Shown: piece after piece, positions 39,775 to 50,090 of the stretch
How the letters are laid out: each line of letters starts with the position of its first letter
How positions within the stretch are numbered: the first letter of the stretch is position 1
Assembly (NCBI GenBank): GCA_965219095.1
Contig: CBDCMT010000001.1
Coordinates: forward strand, 736,001 to 800,000
Direction: 5' to 3'
From: Bdellovibrionales bacterium
GTDB lineage: Bacteria > Bdellovibrionota > Bdellovibrionia > Bdellovibrionales > UBA1609
DNA length: 64,000 nucleotides
The notes under the pieces: generated by a model
Database searches by the model: none
Seen by the model: only the letters and a program-made list of their open reading frames with translations
What the model was told of the DNA's origin: nothing
Program-made: the position numbers and the translations under genes

Positions 39775-39845
39775 GTAAGTCGGTTTCTTAACAGCCCTTG
39801 ATATCCTCCTTATAGGAGTCAAGGGCTGTTAAAAAACCGACTTAC
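39775..39845. repeat. 71-bp near-perfect palindrome (mini-IS with GTAA...TTAC ends)
   Basis: 27-bp arms with one mismatch; one arm recurs at 58057-58083. Confidence 0.8.
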
Positions 39846-40518
39846 CTTAGAATCATTAAAAAATTAAAAAGGAAATAATAAAATTAACAACTTAGCCGTC
39901 ACTGTCCATCTTACAAATTTCCTGAAAGTTCTCTAAGGTTTCTTCATTTTTTACTCTGAACTCACTCTAAAAAAACTAAGTGTGTGATAAGTTACTTGTA
40001 GTTTTATAAGAGCTTAGCTTTTGTACTTACTTTTGAAAACCAGGATTTAATTGTTGTATTATCTCTAGCGACGTAACTGTTCACTTAAATTCTAGTAATT
40101 TTAATGTTTAGAGAGGTATTCAGTAGCCATGTCAACGAAGGATAGATTCTGTTTTTTGGCCGTTCGAGCGACACTCATCATAACCTCTTGGTTATGGGCT
40201 CCCTGTTCTGAGCGATTGCAATAAGAGATTTTTCTCATAAGTACAGCAGGCCTAATTTCCCTCTCTCCATAATTGTTAGTGGGGTCTACTCCAGACTTAA
40301 TGAAAGTATAAATTTCATCTCGATATTTGACCAAACGTTTACAAAGCCTTTGTAAGTCATGGCTTCTGTATTTTTTTGATACCCATTTTTCTGTATCACA
40401 CATAAGCAGTTTGTATTTTCGATCGATATTCTCTTTACTCTCATATTCATTTTGCAACCTTTTTCCTCTCTTAAAAAAAAGTTTGGCTCTCTTAGAAAAC
40501 TGAGCAATTTCTTTGTTT

Positions 40519-42038
40519 GCCTCCTCAAAAGAATCTGTGGGTTCCCGGAGGTTCTGGCAGTTTTCCAAGGTTATGATATAAGGCGATTTTTATAGCTTTA
40601 GAGGTTCTAAAGCCGTAAGATTTTCTCATAGTGAGTTTTACTTTGTTGTTTAAACCCTCTACAATCCCTGAGGAGAAGGCTTTTTTAGCCTTGAAGTAAT
40701 TAAGAATAAGTAGCTTATGTCTTCGTATGGTTTTTGCTTCTCTTTTCATAGGTTCAATTTTTGAAAGCATGACTCGTCTCGTCCAACTGTCTATAAATTT
40801 ACCAGCCCAAGTTGGTGAAACATAGGTCCATAACTGTCGGAAGTCTTCTTTTAAAAAATAACAGCGGATACTTTTTAAATTGTACTGTATTAAATGCCTT
40901 AATTTTACTTTTTCATAAGATTTTAAATTTTCTGCATTTTTTAACAAGGGCCATCTAGCTTTTGTTAAAAGGGGTTCATACCCGTCTTCTTTCATTTTTT
41001 TGTGTTCTGAAGCTCTCACTTCGTCTAAAGCCTTATTGAGTCTTGCTACGATATGAAACCGATCTAATATATTCAAAGCTTGACTTGCCCTTTCCTTTAT
41101 TACTTTTAAATAGGGCTTCCACATATCAGAACACACAAACTGTATATCTTTTGACTTCTCTCCTAGTAAATCAAAAAACTTGTTGAAACTCTCCTCTGTT
41201 CTTTTTTCTCCTATCCATAGCAAACGAACACTTTCTTTGCTTATTTCATAGACTAAGGTGAGATACTGATGGTTCTTTTTCCATTGTATTTCATCTACAC
41301 CTATAGCTTGTATTCCCTTTAAAACCCTTTGTTTTAAACCATATTCTACGACCCATTCTACCGAAGCATAGACCTGATTCCAACTGACATGAAACTTACA
41401 AGAAACCTCTTTCCAAGACAGGTGACGACACCATTCAGCTAAATACTTCATGTAAAAGATCGTTAGGTTTTTCTTACCATCTGCCCAAGGTAAATACTCA
41501 ACTTTTACCCCACAGCAAGAACAATTAACTCTTCTTACAAAATAAACAAAAAACACCCTGTAACTTAAAATAGGAAGGGATTCAAAGTCCCGTGATGATT
41601 TACTGCTGTCATACACTGAACAGGGCTTCTTACAAACACTACAAAAAGCTTGGCCATTTTTACGAGCCTTAATAGGAACATTAATTGACTTTCTATCTTT
41701 TGAAAAATAAATGTCTTCGTACACAAAAGACTTCCATCTTAAACAATCATTTAGTATAGTCTTCAAAAGCATCTCTTCCCTCCTTTTTTTTTTTTTTGAA
41801 TAACATTTTAAGGCATCTGGGAAGTAGGTGCTTCTTTTTTAAAATTTTAATGTAACACAGCAAATAAAAGCAAATAAAATGAATGTTTTTGAGTTCAATC
41901 ACCGGAGGTGATAGAGGCCAGTAAGGGCCTCAAAGAACTCAAAAATACAAGATAGAATGTCTTACTCTTACTTTGATTAATATGAGCTCTTTTGGGGGAT
42001 TTCTTCTACTTTTCACCCACAGATTCCCGGGAGGAGCC
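40519..42038 (-). mobile_element. ISL3 family element, copy 1 (transposase 40525-41772)
   Basis: GVDE, CSDMW, DRFH, EGLNNK; 8-bp TSD CTTTGTTT. Confidence 0.95.
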
Positions 42039-42894
42039 CTTTGTTTTTAGGATGTTTTTCTTTTAGCCCATGAAGCTCCCTTAAAAGATGGGGCCAACAT
42101 TTTTGCTTTTGACAGTCAATCTTGTTATAGGCAGCATAAAAATCTGAAACTAAAACTCCACGAAAAACTTCTCCAAGAACATTTTTAACTACATCTTGCG
42201 AACGAGTTTGATCAATCTTATAAAATGACACATCATCATTTGAAAAACTCCAGAGCCAATGACTGTTCCCATTCACTCTCCATCCTGTCTCATCAGCATG
42301 CAAATGCCCCTGCTCCGATAACACGGACTTGATATCCTCGTAAGCCCCCTCAAACTTCCTTGCCGTACGACTTATAATCTCTGACAAAACACCACGACTG
42401 ATTTCCATACCATATTGATCAGACAAAAGATTTGTTATTTTACCAAAACTTAAACCCAACTCATATTTCCAATAACACACTTGAGCATGAAACTTAGAAC
42501 CATAAAGACTCGCTCCCAACTTATCACTGACAGAAACCTCCTTGTTACAACAACTGCACCAACTCCAGCCTACAATGTGTTTCGTGGTGATGACTTGACT
42601 TACAGGTGGTAAATCCACCTGATAGTGAACATCCCACTTATGAGAGGGAGGAAGATCAGAGTCACATTTACTACAAACCAGTGAAGTCCAAGTGGTCTCT
42701 TGATCCGCTTCCTCAGGCCTTTTTCTTCGATGAACTTTATGACCCTTTTTAGGACCCTTCTTTTTTCCTTTTTTAAGGTTTCCATCTGGATTTTTATTCT
42801 TGTTCTTTTTAGCCCACTTAGGAGGCTTGCGTATTGATTGAAGCTCCTCTTTTAGTTTCTTATTTTCTTTTTTAAAATGTTCATTATCTTTTTT

Positions 42895-44415
42895 GCCTCC
42901 TCAAAAGAATCTGTGGGTTCCCGGAGGTTCTGGCAGTTTTCCAAGGTTATGATATAAGGCGATTTTTATAGCTTTAGAGGTTCTAAAGCCGTAAGATTTT
43001 CTCATAGTGAGTTTTACTTTGTTGTTTAAACCCTCTACAATCCCTGAGGAGAAGGCTTTTTTAGCCTTGAAGTAATTAAGAATAAGTAGCTTATGTCTTT
43101 GTATGGTTTTTGCTTTTCTTTTCATAGGTTCAATTTTTGAAAGCATGACTCGTCTCGTCCAACTGTCTATAAATTTACCAGCCCAAGTTGGTGAAACATA
43201 GGTCCATAACTGTCGGAAGTCTTCTTTTAAAAAATAACAGCGGATACTTTTTAAATTGTACTGTATTAAATGCCTTAATTTTACTTTTTCATAAGATTTT
43301 AAATTTTCTGCATTTTTTAACAAGGGCCATCTAGCTTTTGTTAAAAGGGGTTCATACCCGTCTTCTTTCATTTTTTTGTGTTCTGAAGCTCTCACTTCGT
43401 CTAAAGCCTTATTGAGTCTTGCTACGATATGAAACCGATCTAATATGTGTAAAGCTCCACTTGCCCTCTCCTTTATGACTTTTAAATAAGGCTTCCACAT
43501 ATCAGAACACACAAACCGTATATCTTTTGACTTCTCTCCTAGTAAATCAAAGAATTTTCTAAAACTCTTTTCTGTTCTTTTTTCTCCTATCCATAGCAAA
43601 CGAACACTTTCTTTGCTTATTTCATAGACTAAGGTGAGATACTGATGGTTCTTTTTCCATTGTATTTCATCTACACCTATAGCTTGTATTCCCTTTAAAA
43701 CCCTTTGTTTTAAACCATATTCTACGACCCATTCTACCGAAGCATAGACCTGATTCCAACTGACATGAAACTTACAAGAAACCTCTTTCCAAGACAGGTG
43801 ACGACACCAGTCTGCTAAATACTTCATGTAAAAGATCGTTAAACTCTTCTTACCATCGGCCCAAGGTAAATACTCAACTTTTACCCCACAGCAAGGACAA
43901 TTAACTCTTCTTACAAAATAAACAAAAAACACCCTGTAACTTAAAATAGGAAGGGATTCAAAGTCCCGTGATGATTTACTGCTGTCATACACTGAACAGG
44001 GCTTCTTACAAACACTACAAAAAGCTTGGCCATTTTTACGAGCCTTAATAGGAACATTAATTGACTTTCTATCTTTTGAAAAATAAATGTCTCCGTATAC
44101 AAAAGACTTCCATCTTAAACAATCATTTAGTATAGTCTTCAAAAGCATCTCTTCCCTCCTTTTTTTTTTTTTTTGAATAACATTTTAAGGCATCTGGGAA
44201 GTAGGTGCTTCTTTTTTAAAATTTTAATGTAATACAGCAAATAAAAGCAAATAAAATGAATGTTTTTGAGTTCAATCACCGGAGGTGATAGAGGCCAGTA
44301 AGGGCCTCAAAGAACTCAAAAATACAAGATAGAATGTCTTACTCTTACTTTGATTAATATGAGCTCTTTTGGGGGATTTCTACTACTTTTCACCCACAGA
44401 TTCCCGGGAGGAGCC
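42895..44415 (-). mobile_element. ISL3 family element, copy 2 (transposase 42901-44148)
   Basis: Same ends as copy 1; 8-bp TSD TCTTTTTT. Confidence 0.95.
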
Positions 44416-44532
44416 TCTTTTTTTAAACGCTTGTTCTCTTCTTCTAAACGCTCACGCTCTTCTTCTAAATGCTTGTAATCTTCTTCTAAATGCTCATGCT
44501 CTTCTTCTAAATGCTTGTAATCTTTTTCTAAA
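44416..44532 (-). repeat. 21-bp tandem repeat (about 5.5 units) encoding heptads in the IS66 N-terminal coiled coil
   Basis: TCTTCTTCTAAATGCTTGTAA-type units; peptide KHLEEEH/EHLEEDY. Confidence 0.85.
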
Positions 44533-44568
44533 CATTTTATTTCTTTTTGTGCTTTCTTAAGCACTATA

Positions 44569-44786
44569 TAGTCCTTTCCGTTTAAGTTTTTAGAATCTAA
44601 AGGAAGAATTATCATATGAAACTATTTTTTAAAACAAATGACGATTTATCAATACTTTTGAATAAAAACTAGACCCTAACTCAAAAAATCTGAAAATCTA
44701 AACGAAAAACATCATATAGTGCTTCCGTTTAGGTTTTCATGTTTTTTCTCTAAAGAATCGACCGGAAAATCTAAGCGTATTCACTA
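44569..44786. mobile_element. Two tandem IS630-A-like mini-elements (44569-44714 and 44717-44786) separated and flanked by TA
   Basis: TAGTGCTTCCGTTTAGGTTTTC matches 19116; partner end GAAAATCTAAGCGTATTCACTA. Confidence 0.7.
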
Positions 44787-44856
44787 TATAACATTATAGG
44801 CATAGGAGCTTTTAGTGAAATTTCAACAATTTACTAGAATTTTTCTGAACAGTTAC

Positions 44857-45158
44857 TGCGAAGGAGGAAGACCGCTGTTGCTGGAATTTTTTCGAACCTG
44901 TTTTTCTAAAAACACAACAATCAGAATGTTCACAACCTTAAAGAGAGATTCAACAATCACAGAAATCTCAGTAGGCACAGAACCTTTCTTTGCAAACTTA
45001 TCAAAGTCACTTCTTATATTTTCAATCTCATTTCTGATGGAGGTCTTATTTATTGTCATTTGAAAAAAGTATTTAAAAGAAAATCTGTAAGAGCAAGACT
45101 TTTATCTTAAAACAGGTCTAAAGTTAGGGATAACTGAACAATGTAGGTGAGCAGTTAC
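44857..45158 (-). mobile_element. IS66 family element B, left end and transposase N-terminus, cut by IS66-A
   Basis: KNSSNSGLPPS motif; end GTAACTGCTCAC; stop codon supplied by the IS66-A end. Confidence 0.8.
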
Positions 45159-45160
45159 CT

Positions 45161-45760
45161 TTTGTTAAGGCTAAAAATACTACATCTGATGAAATGTATG
45201 ACACCTTAACATATGAGGTGAGTCAGGCTATAGCTAAGGAAGAGCTTACTAAATACATTATTGAACACTACAAGGTAGCTTCTATTGCTGTAGAGAATGA
45301 GGCAGGGGAGTATTGTAAGATCCCCTCTGAGGATATAGGAAAGTACACTCCCCATTTTTTAAATCCAAGCTTTTCAAGTAAGTCCTTATTTGACTTGGAA
45401 AAATGCGGAGATCAAGAGTTAACTGAGGCAGAACTCATATCTAAAACAGCAAGTTTACATACAGCTGGTGGAGTCCAAGTTGCAGTTTCAGATCTTGCTG
45501 GAGGTGCTATTATAGGATCAATAGTGGGTTGTACGTTGGGTGTTCTGCGAGGACTTGATGGTTCCTCTGAGAGTAGTGTCGATACGGCAGTGGTGGGAAG
45601 TTCGCTGGCTGGCTTTGGTTCGGTCATAGGATCAGCAATAGCACAGGTTCCAGCAAAATCAGCTTCTTTAACGGTTTTAGCAGCAGTGGCAACAGGAGCA
45701 ATATTTGCAGTGACTTGTAATAAAGTAACTTTAGCGTTTCAAAAAAGAATTAAAAATTAA
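45161..45760 (+). CDS. Constant/variable glycine-rich membrane-active protein, copy 1 (probably 5'-truncated)
   Basis: Frame open up to the IS66-B end; acidic domain, AGG-VQVA, then Gly/Ala/Ser hydrophobic helices. Confidence 0.6.
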   Translation, partial: FVKAKNTTSDEMYDTLTYEVSQAIAKEELTKYIIEHYKVASIAVENEAGEYCKIPSEDIGKYTPHFLNPSFSSKSLFDLEKCGDQELTEAELISKTASLHTAGGVQVAVSDLAGGAIIGSIVGCTLGVLRGLDGSSESSVDTAVVGSSLAGFGSVIGSAIAQVPAKSASLTVLAAVATGAIFAVTCNKVTLAFQKRIKN

Positions 45761-45780
45761 AAGAACTCTTGTTTTTAAAT

Positions 45781-45812
45781 AGGCCTCCGTCCAAGCATAC
45801 GGGGGCTTCTCT
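45781..45812 (+). terminator. Hairpin after copy 1, duplicated at about 54780-54809
   Basis: GCCTCCGT-CCAAGCAT-ACGGGGGC. Confidence 0.5.
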
Positions 45813-46256
45813 GTTATAACTTTAAGTGCAACTAACACTACTTTAGCAAGTTATCCATAACCTTTTTTATAAAGAGATAGAGTCCAAAGACTTTGATGTT
45901 GACATTTAGGGCGGATATGTATCTTTAGGAGTTCAAATAATAATGTGTAATAGACATCTATCAAAAAGAAAAAATTGATGACCAGCCTTCATATGAGTAT
46001 GTCAAGAAAAAAAGTCAAGTGATTAAAAAAATGACCTGAACTGACAAAGCAATAACGCACTATGAAATAATCCTTTTTAGCTTTACCTTTTTAGCTTTAT
46101 TTATAGATACGTATCTCTTCAAGATCTCACATTATTTTATAAGAGAAATTATAGCTACTGTTGTTAAAGTTTCTATCTTCTTTGACTTGTGCGCTTAGAC
46201 CTTTATACAATTTAAGCAATAAAGAAATTTTAAATTCAAAAAAGGGGGAATCACTT

Positions 46257-47411
46257 ATGTACAAGAAAATCAATGTTAAAAACTTTTTATCACTTATTTT
46301 GTTTTTTGCTTTTCTCGTTTTTGCTTGTTCTTCCCAGTTTCAGCCCCGTGATTCCACTTCTAAAATAGATAATTTCTTTCAACCTATTTTTGTAACAAAC
46401 TCTCAGTTAAAAATTACTAACTACAATGTTCTTAATCTTTTTGATGCTCAAGATGATGGAAAAAGACAAGACCCTACTTTTTTAAGAAAAGATCATAAGA
46501 AAAAAAAAGAATGTGAAAAAAAACGCAGTAAATTTTATAAGAGGTTATGTAAGCAGCTTGACTGGACTAAACAAAAGTTTCAGTTCAGAGTCTCCCTTTT
46601 AGCTGAGGCTCTTCGCTTTCAAGGTGATTTACCTGATGTTTTAGGTCTTGAGGAGGTAGAGAATGTTTACGTGTTACAAGTCTTAGCAGAAGAATTGGGG
46701 TACAGTACAAAGAATGTATTGATCACTGAAGGCAGTGATCAACGTGGGATTGATGTAGGCCTTATTTATAAGACAGATAAATTAAAGTTAGTGTCTTATC
46801 GTTTTCTCAGGTCTCCTCATGCAAAAAGGGATGTTTTAGTGGCTCGCTTCAAAGTTTTAGCTAAAAAGGATTTTATTTTAGACATTTATGTGAATCACTG
46901 GCCATCGCAATATAATAGAAATCCTATGGTGAGGTTTCAAATGGGTATGCTTGTAAGAAAAGATCTCCAAGCCCAGCAAACAAAATATGGTTTAGCTTAC
47001 GGAGCTGTTGTGATGGGAGATTTTAATGTGACAGAATGGGAGTCTCCTAATGGGCTTATGCATGCTTTACAAAGCCCCTTTTGGAAAGGGCGTTTAAGGG
47101 ATGTCCAGTATTTGGCTGAACGAAAGGGTTTGAGTGCTAAAATGCCTAAAGGTACCTATTGGTATCGCTCTGATAAAAAATGGGTTCGCTTGGATCGCAT
47201 TTTAGTGACTCAGAACATGGTTAAAGGTGATTTTGAAATAGTTCCTAAGAGCTTTCTCATAGGAAGTAAGAATCTTTTGACTGATTTTGAATTTCAATCT
47301 TTTCTTCTTAAAGGTCTTGTAAAAATTCCTTATAGATATGATTTTCTTGAACAAGATGGCAAGGGCTATTCTGATCATTTACCTATTTCAGTTTCTTTTG
47401 AAATCAAGTAA
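46257..47411 (+). CDS. Endonuclease/exonuclease/phosphatase family lipoprotein (extracellular nuclease)
   Basis: Lipobox VFAC, YNVLNLFD, EVEN, NHWPS, MGDFN, YSDHLP. Confidence 0.88.
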   Translation: MYKKINVKNFLSLILFFAFLVFACSSQFQPRDSTSKIDNFFQPIFVTNSQLKITNYNVLNLFDAQDDGKRQDPTFLRKDHKKKKECEKKRSKFYKRLCKQLDWTKQKFQFRVSLLAEALRFQGDLPDVLGLEEVENVYVLQVLAEELGYSTKNVLITEGSDQRGIDVGLIYKTDKLKLVSYRFLRSPHAKRDVLVARFKVLAKKDFILDIYVNHWPSQYNRNPMVRFQMGMLVRKDLQAQQTKYGLAYGAVVMGDFNVTEWESPNGLMHALQSPFWKGRLRDVQYLAERKGLSAKMPKGTYWYRSDKKWVRLDRILVTQNMVKGDFEIVPKSFLIGSKNLLTDFEFQSFLLKGLVKIPYRYDFLEQDGKGYSDHLPISVSFEIK

Positions 47412-47422
47412 AATAAAAAGGT

Positions 47423-48043
47423 ATGAAAGCCTTTCAACTCAACAATCTGTATTGGACCTTTCAAGGAGAAGGGTTTCATACAGGAAAGAGAGCTCTATTT
47501 ATTCGATTTCCTTTCTGTTCCCTGAACTGTTCTTGGTGTGACACCTCTTTTAACACTTATAAAATATGGGATGAAGATCAGTTTAAAAAGTTTTCTCAAA
47601 AAGAATCTTCTCGTTTTGCTGTTCTTACAGGAGGGGAGCCCTCTTTACATAAACATGTAGGTTCTGTGATTGAAGTGTTAAAGGAACTTGGCTTTGAGGA
47701 AATTGCTATGGAATCAAACGCTTGTTATGAAATCCCTAAAGGAGTGACTTTTTTGACTTTATCCCCTAAAAGAGACAGCTCTCAATTACCACAATCATCT
47801 GGAGAGAGCTTTTACATTCATCCTGAAGCCTATAAAAACGCTTGTGAGTTTAAATATATTGTAGATAAACAGTTTGATTTTAACATCCTTTCTAGACATG
47901 ATTTACAAGATGGAAGGAAGTATTATCTTTCTCCTGAGTATAATGAAATGGATCAAAATTTAGAGGCAATTATGGGGTTTATAAAGCACAATCCTTTGTG
48001 GAGAGTGTCTTTACAAACACACAAATGGATGAACATTGATTAA
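47423..48043 (+). CDS. queE: 7-carboxy-7-deazaguanine synthase (radical SAM)
   Basis: TFQGEG..TG, FIRF..CSLNCSWCDT, LTGGEP, SPK, WRVSLQTHK. Confidence 0.88.
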   Translation: MKAFQLNNLYWTFQGEGFHTGKRALFIRFPFCSLNCSWCDTSFNTYKIWDEDQFKKFSQKESSRFAVLTGGEPSLHKHVGSVIEVLKELGFEEIAMESNACYEIPKGVTFLTLSPKRDSSQLPQSSGESFYIHPEAYKNACEFKYIVDKQFDFNILSRHDLQDGRKYYLSPEYNEMDQNLEAIMGFIKHNPLWRVSLQTHKWMNID

Positions 48044-49349
48044 ATCAAAATTTATGAAACCACGTTATAAGATTATTATTGGCTCTTTTTTAAACCCTCT
48101 TTCTGACAAAAAATGTGAGTATTATGATAGGGGAGCTTTAATTTTAAAGAAGGAAAAAGGGGGATATAAGATTCATCGATTAGGAGGAGAAAAAATACTT
48201 TTAAAAAGTTATAAAAGTATCTCTGAAGTTGTGGATCTCTCTTGTCATCTAATTGTTCCAGCTTTTTTTGATCTTCATTTTCATTGGGTACAAGATGCTA
48301 TGTGTTTGAAGCCTAAAGATAATTTACTGAATTGGCTCAGCTACTATGTTTGGCCTTATGAAGCTAAATTTAAAAATAAGTTATGGGCTGAAAAGAAAGC
48401 TAAAACTTTTTCTCAGAAACTTTTAAGAGTGGGAACTTTAGGAGGTGCATGTTATGGTTCTCCTCACCCTCATACAGTGGATTTAGCTTTTAAATATTTT
48501 AAAGGCGACTTTGTTTTAGGAAACGCTTTGATGACAACAAATTCACCTAAGAATTTGTGCCAAACTGTTAAAAAAACTTTAAAAGAAGTTAAAAGGCTGG
48601 CCAAAAAATATAAAACACGTTACGCCCTTACACCGAGGTTTGCTTTGTCTGTTGAACCTGAGGTTATGAAAGAAGCTTATGATCTTTCAAGAAAATATGA
48701 ACCTTTTGTTCAAACTCATTTAAGTGAAAACAAAAAAGAGGTTTTAAAAGTTGAAGCACTTTATAAAAAACATTCTTTTTTCAAAAAAGCCCCAAGTTAT
48801 ACAGAGGTTTATGATGCTTGCAGACTTTTGAATTCAAAAAGCATTCTAGCTCATGCTCTTTACTTGAAAGAAAAAGAATGGCTTCTTCTTAAGAAGAGGA
48901 GGGCCAGCATAGTTCATTGTCCTACAAGCAACGCTCCCACAAAAAATAGAGGGCTTGGATCAGGGTTTTTTAATTTTGTTAAAGCTGAAAAGCATTCCAT
49001 CCCTTGGGCCTTAGGTTCTGATATAGGAGCAGGGCCTTTTTTGTCTATGATTGATGTGATGAACTCTTTTGTAGAACAGAATAAAGTGCGTAAAATAAAA
49101 GAGGCTACTTATACAAAAGCTCTTTATAGAAGCACTTTAGCAGGAGCTAGAATTTTAAAACTAGGAACCAGTCATGGAAATTTTATAAAAGGAAAGGAGG
49201 CTCATTTTGTAGCTCTTTTAAAAGGAAAAAAAACCTATAAAGATGGAGAAGAGGCTTTAAGGGATTCTTTAAGACCTTCTGTGAAAAAAAGAGAGCTTTG
49301 TTCTTTTTTAGTGAAAAAAGTTTATTATCAAGGAAAGACAGTTTTTTAA
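48036..49349 (+). CDS. guaD: Guanine deaminase (amidohydrolase superfamily)
   Basis: DLHFH, TPRFA, QTHLSEN, HCPTSN, LGSG, GSDIGAG. Confidence 0.85.
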   Translation: MIKSKFMKPRYKIIIGSFLNPLSDKKCEYYDRGALILKKEKGGYKIHRLGGEKILLKSYKSISEVVDLSCHLIVPAFFDLHFHWVQDAMCLKPKDNLLNWLSYYVWPYEAKFKNKLWAEKKAKTFSQKLLRVGTLGGACYGSPHPHTVDLAFKYFKGDFVLGNALMTTNSPKNLCQTVKKTLKEVKRLAKKYKTRYALTPRFALSVEPEVMKEAYDLSRKYEPFVQTHLSENKKEVLKVEALYKKHSFFKKAPSYTEVYDACRLLNSKSILAHALYLKEKEWLLLKKRRASIVHCPTSNAPTKNRGLGSGFFNFVKAEKHSIPWALGSDIGAGPFLSMIDVMNSFVEQNKVRKIKEATYTKALYRSTLAGARILKLGTSHGNFIKGKEAHFVALLKGKKTYKDGEEALRDSLRPSVKKRELCSFLVKKVYYQGKTVF

Positions 49350-49354
49350 GATGA

Positions 49355-50026
49355 ATGGGGAGGTGTATCTTGAAAGATTCTTGTATGACTTGTTTCATTT
49401 GTTTTTCTAAGATCGGTAAACCTTTCTTTAGCTATGAAGAAAGAATAGAAAAGAAAATGAGGCTTCGTTCATATTATAAGTGTAAAATATGTGATTATAC
49501 TTTTTTAGATCCTTCTCAAAGGCTTTCTGGAAGAGAAGAAAAAATAAGATATTTAAAACATAAAAATAATGTGCAGGATCTTCGTTATTTGCGGTTCCTT
49601 TCCCATCTCTATGAATGTAGCTTCAAGAAGGCCCATAAGAGTATTTTGGATTTTGGCTGTGGGCCTACAGAAGGTATGAAGGCTCTTAATTCTAAAATTG
49701 AAAGTTATGATCCTTTCTTTTTTAACAACCCTGAAAAACTCAAAAAAAAGTATGATTTGATTTTATGTTCTGAAGTGGTTGAACATTTCTATAACCCTTC
49801 TAAGGAATTTCAAAGATTAAAGGGAATGCTTAACAAGGGGGGTGTTTTAGCTCTTCGGACGGGTGTTTTGAGTGAGGAAAGGAAGTTTCAACGTTGGTCT
49901 TATAGGAAGGATATCACTCATGTGGGCTTTTTTCAAACTAAGACTTTTAAATACTTGGCAGACCGATGGTCTTGGACTTTAGAAGAACCTAATCCTTCTG
50001 TCTTTGTCTTTCATGAAGGGTTTTGA
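49355..50026 (+). CDS. Class I SAM-dependent methyltransferase with N-terminal zinc finger
   Basis: CxxC pairs, LDFGCGP, YDPFF, EVVEHF. Confidence 0.85.
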   Translation: MGRCILKDSCMTCFICFSKIGKPFFSYEERIEKKMRLRSYYKCKICDYTFLDPSQRLSGREEKIRYLKHKNNVQDLRYLRFLSHLYECSFKKAHKSILDFGCGPTEGMKALNSKIESYDPFFFNNPEKLKKKYDLILCSEVVEHFYNPSKEFQRLKGMLNKGGVLALRTGVLSEERKFQRWSYRKDITHVGFFQTKTFKYLADRWSWTLEEPNPSVFVFHEGF

Positions 50027-50090
50027 AGGTTTTTAAGTCTTTGTTTGTGAAAAGTATTGACAAAAAGCCTTAAAAGAAAGAAAAGAAGGT

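Larger units (their letters stand above)
40073..44856 (-). mobile_element. IS66 family element A (single-ORF type), disrupted by two ISL3 copies and two mini-IS630
   Basis: IRs GTAACTGTTCA..AAATTCTAGTAA; fragments HADETGW, VSDFY, TNNYGEREIRP at 40101-40518, 42039-42894, 44416-44564. Confidence 0.88.

Noticed and set aside
40101..40568. Two ORFs starting MENCQNLREPTDSFEEA (also 56863-57627) as a new family
   Set aside because: The shared start is read out of the ISL3 right end into IS66 and IS1634 fragments
47423..48043. Dpd-type 7-deazaguanine DNA modification system
   Set aside because: No dpdA/tgt-like, queC or queD genes in the window
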